Positions 34,471 through 45,489 are shown, numbered from the stretch's first letter. The stretch is DNA of 64,000 nucleotides from an uncultured Clostridia bacterium (GCA_944392945.1 CALXYJ010000004.1:12934-76933), one strand, 5' to 3'. Numbers and translations: made by a program. The notes: generated from the letters alone by a model not told the origin.

Positions 34471-35145
34471 CTAATTTCCTACTTTACCAAATTTGTTCAA
34501 TGGCCAAAATCTTATTACAACTTTTCCCTCTATTTTATCTAAAGGAATACAACCAAAAGCTCTACAATCAACACTTGCATTTCTATTATCACCCAATGCA
34601 AAAACCGTATTTTCTGGGACTATTAAATCATAGAAATATCCCGCTGAATTATCTGTAACGATTCCTGGTTGTAAATAATCTTCCTCTAATTCTTCTCCAT
34701 TTATATAAACCTTTCCTTTATCTATTGTTACATGTTCCCCTGGCAGACCAATTACTCTTTTAATATAACTTGTTTTTCCATTTTCTAAAACATAATAATT
34801 AAACTTTTCCCAAAGATTCATATCTTTTTCTTCAAATATTGCTACTGGATTTGAAAGATCTGTATCATCAGAATCTCTATATGTTACAGTAGGCGCCTCA
34901 AAAGTTATTATATCTCCCCTTTTTGGCATCTGTTTAAAAGTTCTCGTAAGCCTATTTAAAATCAATCTCTGATCTTCCTCAAGTGTAGGAAACATTGATT
35001 CCTGTTTTACAACAGTTGGCGTTACCACAAAATATTTTAATAATAAAGCCAATATAATTGCAATTAATATACAAACTATCCAACTTAATATTTCATTCCC
35101 TATTTTCTTTATCTTTAATATCTGGTTGTCGTTTAGCTTCATCAT
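34471..35145 (-). CDS. lepB: Signal peptidase I
   Basis: TM anchor, catalytic Ser box QESMFPTL, Lys box YIKRVIGLPGE, GDNRNASVDCR. Confidence 0.9.
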   Translation of the reverse strand: MMKLNDNQILKIKKIGNEILSWIVCILIAIILALLLKYFVVTPTVVKQESMFPTLEEDQRLILNRLTRTFKQMPKRGDIITFEAPTVTYRDSDDTDLSNPVAIFEEKDMNLWEKFNYYVLENGKTSYIKRVIGLPGEHVTIDKGKVYINGEELEEDYLQPGIVTDNSAGYFYDLIVPENTVFALGDNRNASVDCRAFGCIPLDKIEGKVVIRFWPLNKFGKVGN

Positions 35146-36595
35146 TTGAATTTTCTTCCTCCTTTAGCATAAACTTATTGTTAGTTTTAGTAGGGATTCT
35201 TATTACAACTTCTGTTCCTTCATTAATTTTACTTTTTATATCTATAGTTCCATTATTTCTATCTAATATTTCTTTTGCAATAGAAAGACCTAAACCAGTT
35301 CCTCCCATCTCTCTTGTTCGTGCTTTATCTACTCTATAGAATCTTTCAAAAATTCTTTCTAAATCTTCTTCTGGTATTCCTATTCCAGTATCTATAAACT
35401 TTATGTATGCATCATTATATACAAATCCAACATAAATATTTATACTACCATTTTCGTTAGTATATTTAATACTATTTGACAAAATGTTTATTATAACTCT
35501 TTCTATTCCATCTTTTTCTGCATATACTGGTGGTACATTTGCAGTTACTAGACAATGTACTTTTAGTTTTTTCTTATCTATCTCTATTTGAAGTTTCTCT
35601 TGACATTTTTTTGCAAGTTCTCCCAAATCGAACTCTTCTTTTACAATATCTACCTTATTACTATCAAATCTTGATAATGATAATAAATCTGTAACAAGTT
35701 TTGCCATTCTTCTTGCTTCTGATGAAATTACCCCTAAAAATTTAGTTTCAATTTCTTTATCATGTTCTGTTTCTAGCAGTGTATCTGCATATCCCATAAT
35801 TGATGTAATAGGCGTTTTTAATTCATGTGATACATCAGCAACAAATTCTTTTCTCATATTATCAAGTTTTACATGTTCTGTAATATCTTGTATAACGACC
35901 ATAATACCAGCTGGTCTATCATTTTCATCTTTAAAAATTTCAAACGTTAAATTTAAAAATTTATCTTTTACTTGTACCTTTTCTTCTGATGATGTCCAGT
36001 CTTCTAGATAAATAATTTTTTCCATATTTATATCTAAATTTATATTTTTAAATATCGTTTCAAAATCTGTATTCTCATCTATAATAGATAAAGCTCTAGT
36101 AGCTGCTAGATTTATTAATATAATTTTTCCTTCCATATTAAAAGCTATTATTCCATCACTCATATGTAAAAGAATGGTTTCCATTTGCTTTTTCTGTCTA
36201 GACATTTCTGTTAAATTATCTTGCAATTTTGTTGTCATTTCCTCAAAAGCATCTGCTAAATTATCTATCTCATTTTTATTTTTAAAAACCTTATTGCCTT
36301 CTGTTGATGTTAATTTTTCTGCATTTTTTATTAATTTATCTATTGGTTTTACAACTGTTTTAGATAAAAATATTCCTACAATTATACTTATTATTCCAAG
36401 TATTGCAAGAGATATCATTAAAACCAATTTTATATGAGAAATCTCTTGTGCAACTATATCTGTAATCTCTGGCATATTAATTGCCAGATTTATTCCTTCT
36501 AACGAATTAGTAAAAAAGAACCCTAAACCTATAATTATTAATAAAGCTAATATAAAGAAAATTAATACTATTTTTAATTGTATATTTTTTATCAT
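35093..36595 (-). CDS. Sensor histidine kinase (two TM, HAMP, PAS, HisKA, HATPase; WalK/PhoR-like)
   Basis: H-box FVADVSHELKTPITSI, N-box NILSNSIKYT, G-boxes DTGIGI and GGTGLGLSIAK. 3' end overlaps lepB by 53 nt. Confidence 0.88.
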   Translation of the reverse strand: MIKNIQLKIVLIFFILALLIIIGLGFFFTNSLEGINLAINMPEITDIVAQEISHIKLVLMISLAILGIISIIVGIFLSKTVVKPIDKLIKNAEKLTSTEGNKVFKNKNEIDNLADAFEEMTTKLQDNLTEMSRQKKQMETILLHMSDGIIAFNMEGKIILINLAATRALSIIDENTDFETIFKNINLDINMEKIIYLEDWTSSEEKVQVKDKFLNLTFEIFKDENDRPAGIMVVIQDITEHVKLDNMRKEFVADVSHELKTPITSIMGYADTLLETEHDKEIETKFLGVISSEARRMAKLVTDLLSLSRFDSNKVDIVKEEFDLGELAKKCQEKLQIEIDKKKLKVHCLVTANVPPVYAEKDGIERVIINILSNSIKYTNENGSINIYVGFVYNDAYIKFIDTGIGIPEEDLERIFERFYRVDKARTREMGGTGLGLSIAKEILDRNNGTIDIKSKINEGTEVVIRIPTKTNNKFMLKEEENSNDEAKRQPDIKDKENRE

Positions 36596-36691
36596 TTAAT
36601 TACCCCTTATACAAGTAAATCGCCAGCAAAATTATAGTAAATACCTTATATTTTGACCGACGATTATACATTTTTATTTTACTCTATCTAA

Positions 36692-37420
36692 TTATTTATC
36701 TCCTGTAGCTATATAATAGCCAACTCCTCTTTTAGTTATTAATATTTTTGGATTAGATGTATCTTCTTCTATTTTCTCTCTTATTCTTCTTACAGTTACA
36801 TCCACAGTTCTTATATCTCCATAATATTCATAACCCCAAACTTTTTCTAACAAAGTTTCTCTTGTTACAACTTGACCTAATTGGTTAGCCAAATATTTTA
36901 ATACTTCAAACTCTCTTAATGTTAAGTCTATAACTTTATTTTTTACTCTTGTTTCAAATTTATCTACATCTAATTGTAAATCTCCTACAATTATTTTATT
37001 TGTATTTGGTTCTGGCATACCTTCTTCATAATTGCCTTTACCTTTTCTTAAATTTGCTTTTATTCTTGCCATTAATTCCCTTATACTAAATGGTTTTGTT
37101 ATATAATCATCTGCTCCTAGTTCTAACCCTAGTATTTTATCTATTTCTTCTCCTTTGGCTGTTAGCATTATAATAGGAACATTTAAAGTATGTCTTATTC
37201 TCTTGCAAACAGATAATCCATCCATTTTAGGAATCATTATATCTAATAATATTAAATCAGGAGTTTGATTTAAAGCTATATCTACTGCTTTTTCGCCATC
37301 TGTTGCTTCTAGAGTATTATAACCTTCTTTCTCCAAATTATATACTAACATATCAATTATTGGTTGTTCATCATCCACAATTAATATTGTTTTTTTATCG
37401 CTGTTTGTTTCGCTTTCCAC
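36692..37420 (-). CDS. OmpR-family response regulator (WalR/YycF-like)
   Basis: Receiver ILIVDDE...LILLDIMIPKMDG...MLTAK. Winged-helix output LTLREFEVLKYL...RTVDVTVRRIREKIE. Confidence 0.9.
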   Translation of the reverse strand: MESETNSDKKTILIVDDEQPIIDMLVYNLEKEGYNTLEATDGEKAVDIALNQTPDLILLDIMIPKMDGLSVCKRIRHTLNVPIIMLTAKGEEIDKILGLELGADDYITKPFSIRELMARIKANLRKGKGNYEEGMPEPNTNKIIVGDLQLDVDKFETRVKNKVIDLTLREFEVLKYLANQLGQVVTRETLLEKVWGYEYYGDIRTVDVTVRRIREKIEEDTSNPKILITKRGVGYYIATGDK

Positions 37421-37586
37421 AAATGTTCCACCTTTCTCTTTTTTATTTGGAATATCCAGTTAAAATGTAGCTAATATTTTAGTTTTACTTTAATATAACT
37501 GCATTAATCCAATCAAAAAATTCCATATATATTTTATATCACAATCTGGAAATTTGTACAAGCTATTTATAAAAGTTTTTCATTAA

Positions 37587-38498
37587 TTACAATAAGCTTG
37601 CAGCTCCTATTATACCAGCATCATTTCCTAAACTTGCTAATACAATTTCTATTTCTTTTCTTGGATTAAATAACAATTTTTCATCTTGAATCTCTTTCTT
37701 TAGTTTAGGAATAATTAAATCACCAATAAAAACAAAGCTTCCTCCAAGACTTACTATTTCTGGCTCAAATATATTAATTAAATTAGATATTCCAATTGCC
37801 AAATATTGCACATATTCCTCTATTAATGGTTGCACCCTTAAATCATTAATATGTTCTCTAATTTCTTTTACAATGCTTGCACCAGTTTGATTTTCATCTA
37901 ATTGTAAAGTTTCTATTATCTCTCTTTTTAAAACTTTCATTGAGCAATATGTTTCAAAACAACCTTTGCTTCCACATTTACACACTCTTCCATCTTTCTG
38001 GATTATCATATGGCCAAATTCCATTCCAGATTTATATCTAGGCTCTACTAATTTATTACTTAAAAATGCTGCTCCACCTATTCCTGTACCTAAACATAGA
38101 TATATATTATCTTGTGCTGTTTTTGTACTTCCATACATACTTTCTGCAATTCCAGCACATTTAGCATCATTTTTTATTTTTACCTCTAAATCAAACTCTT
38201 TTTTTATATATCTAGCTATATCTAATTTTTCTAGCCCTAAATTAACCACATTATATATACAGTTATTTTCTATATTTCCTGGAGATGCAATTCCAATATA
38301 TCCAATCTCCTTTGTTTCTATATCTTGTTCTTTTAGAATTGATTTTATAAAATTTATAATTGTATTTATAATCATTTTTTCTATATTTTTTTTATCTTTT
38401 TCTGTAATATCTACTTCTTTTTTATTTATTATTTTTCCACTTGATCCTACAAGTCCCACTCCTATGTGACTTCCTCCTATATCTATCCCTATATTCAT
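37587..38498 (-). CDS. ROK-family sugar kinase (glucokinase-like)
   Basis: IGIDIGGSHIGVG, GTGIGGA, zinc motif CKCGSKGCFETYCS. Confidence 0.85.
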   Translation of the reverse strand: MNIGIDIGGSHIGVGLVGSSGKIINKKEVDITEKDKKNIEKMIINTIINFIKSILKEQDIETKEIGYIGIASPGNIENNCIYNVVNLGLEKLDIARYIKKEFDLEVKIKNDAKCAGIAESMYGSTKTAQDNIYLCLGTGIGGAAFLSNKLVEPRYKSGMEFGHMIIQKDGRVCKCGSKGCFETYCSMKVLKREIIETLQLDENQTGASIVKEIREHINDLRVQPLIEEYVQYLAIGISNLINIFEPEIVSLGGSFVFIGDLIIPKLKKEIQDEKLLFNPRKEIEIVLASLGNDAGIIGAASLL

Positions 38499-38545
38499 AT
38501 ATTTTTTCCTTTCTAATTTTAAATTTATCTTATTATACTATATTT

Positions 38546-38590
38546 TAAAAAAATATAATAGACATATACAAATTAATGTATATGCCTATT
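38546..38590 (-). terminator. Terminator after the small anchored protein gene
   Basis: 13-bp stem AATAGGCATATAC/GTATATGTCTATT (one G-U) followed by a T-run on the minus strand. Confidence 0.55.
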
Positions 38591-38610
38591 AATACTTATT
38601 TATATAAATT

Positions 38611-39018
38611 TTAATTTACATCTTTTACTTTCATATTTTGTGTATCTATCGTAACAATATATTTATCTCCAGCATTTGTTATATATTCAACAGAACTTCC
38701 ATCTGCACCTTCTTTAAAATTAGAAGATTTATCTATTGCTTTTATAACTTCATCTATAATATCTTCACTAGTACTTCCTCCGTCTACAGCATTTTCATCT
38801 TGTGAATCATCTTTTGCAACTACTTTTAATGCCATAGTTACAATATCTCTTGCATATGCCTTATCTCTTTCAGCTTCTAGAGCGTTATCTTTACCTTCCA
38901 AATCATTTTGACCAAATACTAAATAAACTATAACTCCCGCCAAACATAATAATATTATTATTGTTATTATTAATACTACTAAAGTTATTCCTTTTTCTTC
39001 TTTTACTTTATTAAGCAT
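38611..39018 (-). CDS. Small N-terminally anchored protein with pilin-like leader (KG/ITLVV, lacks Glu+5)
   Basis: ATG at 39018 after GGGAGA. MLNKVKEEKGITLVVLIITIIIL resembles a prepilin-type N-terminus. The rest is acidic with no motif. Confidence 0.4.
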   Translation of the reverse strand: MLNKVKEEKGITLVVLIITIIILLCLAGVIVYLVFGQNDLEGKDNALEAERDKAYARDIVTMALKVVAKDDSQDENAVDGGSTSEDIIDEVIKAIDKSSNFKEGADGSSVEYITNAGDKYIVTIDTQNMKVKDVN

Positions 39019-39164
39019 ATAAAACGTCTCCCTTCTTTTGTATATATATTTTGCGTAGCATTTTACAGTTTTCTCATAACAATATTTTATATGTTTAAAC
39101 AAAAAAGTCAAGGTGTTTAATTTAAACATAATAATAATGTAATATTATCGTAATAAAGGTGTAA

Positions 39165-41132
39165 CTATCTTACTCCACCTCCGCCTCCTCCGGCTCCACC
39201 ACCTCCACCTCTAGAAAATCCTCCGCCAAATCCTGAACCAGATGATCTAAATAGTGAACTTGAAGAAGCCAAATCAAATGAAGAATTTAGATATAATTCT
39301 GATAACATTTGACCAAAATCGAAATTCATATTAAATGTTAAATCATCCAATATACGAACTTCGTGTTCTAAATCATCTGACCAACGTGAATTATCAGTAT
39401 CTTCTTCATCATCTTTATGCTCTATTTCTGTTTTTATTTCTTTGATAATTTTCTCCGAAATTCCAAATGCTGTTGCATATATTAAATACTCTTCCCATAA
39501 TCCTAAATCTCTAATTTTCTTCTCATTCAATAAAGAATATTCTTCTAAGAATTTCCTTAATCCACTCCATTTACTACTTTCTTCTAAGCCTTTTTCTGTT
39601 AAATAATATGTAACTTTTTTTATTCTCCATATAAAGATTAAGTTTATTATAGGTAAAATAATTGCAATCATAAATATTAAATTTAGGAAGAACCATGTTA
39701 ATCCTACTATTAGTAGTAAAATTCCAATTTGAACCATAATCTCCCAACTATATTCATTATTCGTGTGTTTATTTTTTATATTATTTTTTCTTTTTATATT
39801 TCCATTTAATGTTTCTATAACTTCAATTTTATTATAAACAGAACTTGCAAGTTCTACAAATTCCATTTTATTTTTTTCATTATAATTTATATGGCCACTA
39901 ATATCTTGTAATGGCAATATTCCTTCTTCATTTGTTAAATCCACAACATAATCTAAAATCAAATTTTCATCTTCAGATAAATTTTCTATATGATCTATTC
40001 TATATTTTCTTTTTGCCTTATATTTCATCATATCTTCTGATAACTCTATATATGAAATATTCTTTTCTTTTCCTGGTTTTTCTTTTATATCGAAATATCC
40101 TTTATTTTTTAAATCCAATATTGTTGCAGCAAAAACTTTATTAAAATCCCCATGTTCCACTTCCAATTTTGAATTTAGTAAAAATACAGCTCTCCCAGGT
40201 GAAGAATCTTTATTAGGAATCTCTCTATAATAGATATATTTTGAATTATATGTTTTTCTTTCATCTAATTTTGCTTTTAATTTTTTTAATTTTCTTATTT
40301 CATAATAAAAAATATAAGCAAAAAGAATTATTAAAGCAATTAATAATATTGTATTAAAAGCTCTATAAATATTTGAAGAATTAGCAAATCCCTGTTCTTC
40401 TTTAATGATATTATCTTTCATAGCAATATTTTCATATCTATTGCTATTTGTAATTGCATTTGCAGGTAATAATAATCTAACTTCCAAAAATTGATTTGCA
40501 CTATATCTAGTAATATTAAAAGTTACTGTATGAGCATTTTTAATTTTTATTGAACCTGTCATACTATTTATATGTCCCCAAGCTCTAATTTCTGACTTTT
40601 TTTCTATTCCATCTGGAAGTGTTATTGTACCTGTTATCTTTTTGGCAGGTATAGAAAAATCCTCACCTAAAAACTGCCAATATAATTCTGCACAATCATT
40701 ATACTGGGTTATAATATCTTTAACATAATATGCCAATCTATATTTCTTTCTTACAGTTTTGCCAGCAGTTCCAGTTCCCCACTCTACTTCTGTTAAATCT
40801 CCTATTTCTTTTATATCATAATATCCTTCTATACTTCCATTCCCCTTAGATAAAGGAGTTTGAGAACCATTAGATAAATCATAAACCTGTATTCCAGTTA
40901 CTCCATAATATTTTGACATATCTTTTTTAAAACTTTTATATATACTCCTTGCATTCTTTAAGGTAATATCCCAATCTTCTATAACTGTCATATCCCCTTC
41001 TTCATTAATTTTAACGTCAAAATTTAAGCTGTTTAATACTGCACTTGCTGCAAAACTCCCCTTAGGAAATAATAAATATAATCCTAATATAAATAAAAGT
41101 ATAATCCCTATTTTTAATAAATTTTTTTTCAT
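39165..41132 (-). CDS. DUF2207-family membrane protein
   Basis: Signal peptide, large extracytoplasmic N-domain, internal TM pair/triple, Gly-rich tail SGSGFGGGFSRGGGGGAGGGGGG typical of DUF2207. Confidence 0.7.
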   Translation of the reverse strand: MKKNLLKIGIILLFILGLYLLFPKGSFAASAVLNSLNFDVKINEEGDMTVIEDWDITLKNARSIYKSFKKDMSKYYGVTGIQVYDLSNGSQTPLSKGNGSIEGYYDIKEIGDLTEVEWGTGTAGKTVRKKYRLAYYVKDIITQYNDCAELYWQFLGEDFSIPAKKITGTITLPDGIEKKSEIRAWGHINSMTGSIKIKNAHTVTFNITRYSANQFLEVRLLLPANAITNSNRYENIAMKDNIIKEEQGFANSSNIYRAFNTILLIALIILFAYIFYYEIRKLKKLKAKLDERKTYNSKYIYYREIPNKDSSPGRAVFLLNSKLEVEHGDFNKVFAATILDLKNKGYFDIKEKPGKEKNISYIELSEDMMKYKAKRKYRIDHIENLSEDENLILDYVVDLTNEEGILPLQDISGHINYNEKNKMEFVELASSVYNKIEVIETLNGNIKRKNNIKNKHTNNEYSWEIMVQIGILLLIVGLTWFFLNLIFMIAIILPIINLIFIWRIKKVTYYLTEKGLEESSKWSGLRKFLEEYSLLNEKKIRDLGLWEEYLIYATAFGISEKIIKEIKTEIEHKDDEEDTDNSRWSDDLEHEVRILDDLTFNMNFDFGQMLSELYLNSSFDLASSSSLFRSSGSGFGGGFSRGGGGGAGGGGGGVR

Positions 41133-41144
41133 AATTTTCCCCTT

Positions 41145-42449
41145 TTATTTTTTTAACATAGTAATAAAAAATCCATCATGCTCATTACATGGTAAAAATT
41201 GAATCATATTGTTATCTGCTTTTTTGTAGAATCCTGTTGGTATTAATTTTTCTATATTAACTGTCTTAAAATTTTCCTCTTTTATGAATCTTTCGATAAT
41301 TAATTCATTTTCTTCTTTTAATAAACTACATGTTGAATATATTAACACTCCATCACTTTTTAAATATTGAGAACATGTTTTTAATATTTTGTATTGAATA
41401 TCTACTATTTCTTCTATATCCTTTTCATTTCTATTCCATTTTATATCTGGTTTTCTTCTTATTACTCCTAATCCCAAACAAGGAACATCTAATAAAATTT
41501 TGTTAAACTTATTTTTATATTCATCTTTAAAAATAGTAGCATCATGTAATTCTGTTTTTATAATATTAATCCCTAACCTTTTAGCATTTTCTTCTACCTG
41601 ATTTAGTCTTTCTTTATAAATATCCCATGCTATTATTTCACCTTTATTTTCCATAATTTCAGCTAAATAAGTTGTTTTTCCTCCTGGAGCGCTACATGCA
41701 TCTAATACAATATCTCCTGAACTTGGATTTAATAAAAAACTGCTTAATCCAGCTGCTTCATCTTGAATACTTATTTTTCCTTCTACATATTCATCCAGCT
41801 TAGTTATATTTTTAGTACCGGTTATTATTCTAAAATCATTAAGTAAAGTTTTCTTTCCAAAATCATCTGCTACACCATTTTTTAATCTATTTATTCTAAC
41901 AGATATTTCTGGCCTTAAATTAAGATTTTTACATATTTGCTCTGTTAATTCTTCTCCATATTCTTCAAGAAATTTGTTTACCATCCACTTTGGAATTGAA
42001 TATTTTAGACTAATTCTACTAATATTATCATCTATACCATCTATTTCTTCGTAATCACTTTTTTCAACTTTTCTTAAGATTGCATTAACAAAATTTGCAG
42101 ATTTAAAATTATATTTTTTACATAAATTGACACTTTCATTTACAGATGCAGATTTGGGTACTTTATCTAGAAATACAATTTGATAAATTCCTAAATATAA
42201 TATGTTTTTTACCCAAGCAGAAATTTTCTTTATTTTTACTTTTGAATATTTCTGAATTATATATTCAAGTGTTAGCTTCCAAGTTATAACACCATATACT
42301 AATTCAGAAATAAATTTAGTATCCAATCTACTTAATTTTTCTCTATTTTCATTTATATATTTGTCTAAAACTATATTTGAATATGCTTGCTTTTCATTTA
42401 TTTCATATAAAACTTTAAGTGCAACATTTCTTGCAAAATCAATTTTCAT
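41145..42449 (-). CDS. rsmB: 16S rRNA (cytosine967-C5)-methyltransferase
   Basis: NusB-like N-domain, SAM site DACSAPGGKT, catalytic DVPCLGLGVIRRKPD and YSTCS. Confidence 0.9.
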   Translation of the reverse strand: MKIDFARNVALKVLYEINEKQAYSNIVLDKYINENREKLSRLDTKFISELVYGVITWKLTLEYIIQKYSKVKIKKISAWVKNILYLGIYQIVFLDKVPKSASVNESVNLCKKYNFKSANFVNAILRKVEKSDYEEIDGIDDNISRISLKYSIPKWMVNKFLEEYGEELTEQICKNLNLRPEISVRINRLKNGVADDFGKKTLLNDFRIITGTKNITKLDEYVEGKISIQDEAAGLSSFLLNPSSGDIVLDACSAPGGKTTYLAEIMENKGEIIAWDIYKERLNQVEENAKRLGINIIKTELHDATIFKDEYKNKFNKILLDVPCLGLGVIRRKPDIKWNRNEKDIEEIVDIQYKILKTCSQYLKSDGVLIYSTCSLLKEENELIIERFIKEENFKTVNIEKLIPTGFYKKADNNMIQFLPCNEHDGFFITMLKK

Positions 42450-42558
42450 TTTTTCCTCCAGATTGTATTTATTTGCTTTTTATATTATAACATTGCATTG
42501 CATAAAATTTAAATATTTGGAAAAAATATTAATAATTTTATTTTTAGGAGGTTATCTT

Positions 42559-42771
42559 ATGACTGTCGAAAAACACATTAGAGTTAAAGGTTCATCTAAT
42601 ATATCTTGGAAAGATGCAATTGTTCAAACAATTAACGAAGCTTCTAAAACAATTAATTATTTATCAGAAGTAAAAGTTATAGATCAAACAGCAACAATTC
42701 AAGATGGAAAAATTTCAGAATACTTTGTAGATATAGAATTAACTTTTTTTATTGATCATTCTTCTATTTAG
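42559..42771 (+). CDS. Dodecin-family small flavin-binding protein (70 aa)
   Basis: AGGAGG RBS before the ATG at 42559. Pattern KHIRVKGSSNISWKDAIVQTINEASKTINYLSEVKVID...GKISEYFVDIELTF matches dodecins. Confidence 0.65.
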   Translation: MTVEKHIRVKGSSNISWKDAIVQTINEASKTINYLSEVKVIDQTATIQDGKISEYFVDIELTFFIDHSSI

Positions 42772-42786
42772 AAAGGAGTAATTATT

Positions 42787-43251
42787 ATGAAACCTATTGA
42801 AACACAAAAAAAATATCAAGAATACGTAGATAAAAAGTCACCTAATTCACCTATTTTAAAAAATTGTTTTAATGCATTTTGGGTTGGAGGTTTAATATGT
42901 ACAATTGGACAAATAATCATGCTAATATGTAAATCTAGAGGATTGGATGATGCAAATTCTAGTACTATTGTTTCCATAATTTTAATAGGTATTAGTGCTT
43001 TTTTAACTGGTTTAAACATCTTTAATAAAATTGGAAAATTTGCTGGTGCAGGATCTTTAGTTCCTATTACTGGTTTTGCAAATTCAATTGTTGCACCTTC
43101 TATTGAATATAAATCAGAAGGATATATTATGGGTGTTGGTAGCAAAATGTTTACAATTGCAGGACCTGTATTAGTATTTGGAATTTCTACATCAATTATT
43201 GTAGGTATTATATATTTAATTTTTAATACTCAAGGTATTACTTTAGCATAA
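42787..43251 (+). CDS. spoVAC: Stage V sporulation protein AC
   Basis: KNCFNAFWVGGLICTIGQ...GAGSLVPITGFANS pattern. Confidence 0.88.
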   Translation: MKPIETQKKYQEYVDKKSPNSPILKNCFNAFWVGGLICTIGQIIMLICKSRGLDDANSSTIVSIILIGISAFLTGLNIFNKIGKFAGAGSLVPITGFANSIVAPSIEYKSEGYIMGVGSKMFTIAGPVLVFGISTSIIVGIIYLIFNTQGITLA

Positions 43252-43260
43252 GGAGATGAT

Positions 43261-44268
43261 TTGTTGGAAAAAATAGGTAAACAAACTATAAAATTTAAAA
43301 ATCTTCCAACAATACTAGATACAGCTTGTATTGTTGGGCCAAAAGAAGCAGAAGGTCCTCTTGCAAAATATTTTGATAAATGTTTAGAAGATGAATTTTG
43401 GGGAGAAAAAAGTTGGGAAAAAGCTGAAAGCAAAATAATTAAAGAAACTGTTTATTCTGCTGTTAAAAAATCTAATATTCCAATCTCAAGTATTGATTTT
43501 TGCTTTGCTGGAGATCTTTTAAATCAATGTATTTCTTCTAGTTTTGGACTTAGAGATTCTAATATTCCTTTTATTGGAATTTTTGGTGCTTGCTCTACTT
43601 TTGTAGAAGGTCTTGGATTAGGATCAATTTTTATTGATGGAGGCGCTGCTAATAACGTCATTTGTGCTGCTTCCAGTCATTTTTGTAGTGCAGAAAAACA
43701 ATTTAGATTTCCTTTAGAATTAGGAAACCAAAGACCTCAATCTTCGCAATGGACAGTTACAGGTGCAGGAGCTGCAATACTATCATCTACTGCTACAGGT
43801 CCTTTTGTAACACATTTTACTCCTGGAAGAATTATAGATATGGGAATTAAAGATGCAAATAATATGGGAGCAGCTATGGCTCCTGCTGCCCTAGATACAT
43901 TGATAACACATTTAACCGATACAGGCAGAAAGCCTAGTTATTATGATGCAATTATTACTGGTGACCTAGGTCATATTGGAAAAGAAATATTAATTGAATT
44001 GGCAGAGACAAATGGTTTTAATATTAAATCAAATTATAATGATTGTGGTGTTTTAATTTTTGACAAGGATAAACAAGACACTCATGCTGGCGGTAGTGGT
44101 TGTGCTTGTTGTGGTACAGTATTTTCGGGTTATTTATTTAATATGTTACAAAGCAAAAAATATAAAAAAATATTATTAATTGCAACTGGTGCTTTAATGA
44201 ATGCTACATCCTCACAACAAGGAGAAAGCATTCCAGGTATTGCACATGCTGTTAGTATAGAAATATAG
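43261..44268 (+). CDS. spoVAD: Stage V sporulation protein AD (thiolase-fold)
   Basis: GPKEAEGPL, GDLLNQ, GACST, HAGGSGCACC. TTG start after AAGGAG. Confidence 0.88.
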   Translation: MLEKIGKQTIKFKNLPTILDTACIVGPKEAEGPLAKYFDKCLEDEFWGEKSWEKAESKIIKETVYSAVKKSNIPISSIDFCFAGDLLNQCISSSFGLRDSNIPFIGIFGACSTFVEGLGLGSIFIDGGAANNVICAASSHFCSAEKQFRFPLELGNQRPQSSQWTVTGAGAAILSSTATGPFVTHFTPGRIIDMGIKDANNMGAAMAPAALDTLITHLTDTGRKPSYYDAIITGDLGHIGKEILIELAETNGFNIKSNYNDCGVLIFDKDKQDTHAGGSGCACCGTVFSGYLFNMLQSKKYKKILLIATGALMNATSSQQGESIPGIAHAVSIEI

Positions 44269-44292
44269 GGATTTTGAAAATTTCAAAATCCC
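44268..44292. terminator. Bidirectional terminator hairpin
   Basis: GGGATTTTGAAA-a-TTTCAAAATCCC perfect palindrome between convergent genes. Confidence 0.6.
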
Positions 44293-44320
44293 TATATTTA
44301 TAATTTTTTCTAAAAATCAA

Positions 44321-45478
44321 TTATTTAACCTCGTGCAAATTTTTGCCTTTATCTTTACTTAGGTCATTTTTTATCGCTTTTATAGCAGATTCCTTTTTTT
44401 CTGCAGGAACTTTTTCTATAGCCTTTTCTATTTTTTGTATTGGTATACTATATTTCTTATTCTGAAACTCGTGCATTTTTACTACTGTTTCTTCTCCTTT
44501 AGTAATTAATCTAAATACACTTCTTGTAAGTTCCGTATCTCTTTTATTTATATAATCATCCATAAAAGTATAATATGGAATTTTTGCATAATTTTGCACA
44601 CATTCATTTAATTTTTCTAAATTCTCTTCTCCTATAACATCTGTTAAGACTCTGGGATCTTCTGCAACCATTCCATCTATTATATTATCCATATAATCAT
44701 TCTGAAATTTAACCGTTATACGACTATAACGCTCATACTCAGTTCCACCCTTCTCTCTTGCAATTATAGGATCATCAAATAAAAATATCCCCTTTTCATG
44801 TAATTTTCTAGTAACTCTAATGGCTAATTCTTGATGTAAATTTTCAGATAATAATTCATATTTTCTATTTTCTGTATCATCATCTTTCTTGTCATCTATT
44901 ACTACTTGTTCATCTTCTCCAAGAATTCTCTCTGTAAAATTATCTAAACCTGTTTTAAAATAAAATTCATTATCAGAAGTTTGCTTACCTGTTGTTTCGA
45001 CAGCATGTAATATTTCATGAATTACATGTACATCTTTATATTCTTCTAAAATTCCAGGTATATTTAAATGTATAATATTGAAAACTCTAAAAGTTCCATC
45101 TGGGTTTTGTTTTATATTTGGGCTTAAACAATTTTTTCCATTTTGCACAAATTGCGCACAAAAAGCATCTTGTATTCTAAGTCCTTGGGACAATATATTG
45201 TTTTTACATTCTTCATAGTTTCCTGTATTTACATAATATTCTATTTCTTTATCTTTTTCACATTCTTCATATATTTTTTCCAAATTTTCTACTAATTCTG
45301 AATCTGGCATCAATTTTTTAGCTTCATCATTTTCTTCATATGCTTCATAATTATTTCCCAAATCCAACCCACGGCTCTTAAAATATCTTATTCTATTTTC
45401 TTTTATGTTATATGATGTAATACCATTTTCATCAACTATCCTTTGAGATTTTTTAGAAAATGCAATTAGCATTGGCAT
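44321..45478 (-). CDS. Hypothetical protein with HExxH motif (putative zinc metallopeptidase), 385 aa
   Basis: VHVIHEILHAVE is the only motif recognised. Sits between spoVAD and spoVAE on the opposite strand. Confidence 0.55.
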   Translation of the reverse strand: MPMLIAFSKKSQRIVDENGITSYNIKENRIRYFKSRGLDLGNNYEAYEENDEAKKLMPDSELVENLEKIYEECEKDKEIEYYVNTGNYEECKNNILSQGLRIQDAFCAQFVQNGKNCLSPNIKQNPDGTFRVFNIIHLNIPGILEEYKDVHVIHEILHAVETTGKQTSDNEFYFKTGLDNFTERILGEDEQVVIDDKKDDDTENRKYELLSENLHQELAIRVTRKLHEKGIFLFDDPIIAREKGGTEYERYSRITVKFQNDYMDNIIDGMVAEDPRVLTDVIGEENLEKLNECVQNYAKIPYYTFMDDYINKRDTELTRSVFRLITKGEETVVKMHEFQNKKYSIPIQKIEKAIEKVPAEKKESAIKAIKNDLSKDKGKNLHEVK

Positions 45479-45489
45479 TCCATTAGTTT

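Noticed and set aside
35093-35145. 53-nt overlap of the histidine kinase 3' end with the lepB 5' end as a sign of frameshift or fusion
   Set aside because: Both ORFs are complete with normal domain content. The overlap is most simply a non-conserved kinase tail or a slightly later lepB start.
38611-39018. True type IV pilin or pseudopilin
   Set aside because: The leader resembles KG/FTL but lacks the conserved Glu at +5. No pilus assembly genes are nearby. I kept it only as a low-confidence descriptor.
42361-42558. Long N-terminal extension of the dodecin ORF (136-aa version)
   Set aside because: The extension overlaps the rsmA-side... overlaps the rsmB 5' end and promoter region and translates as hydrophobic nonsense. 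A strong AGGAGG precedes the internal ATG at 42559.
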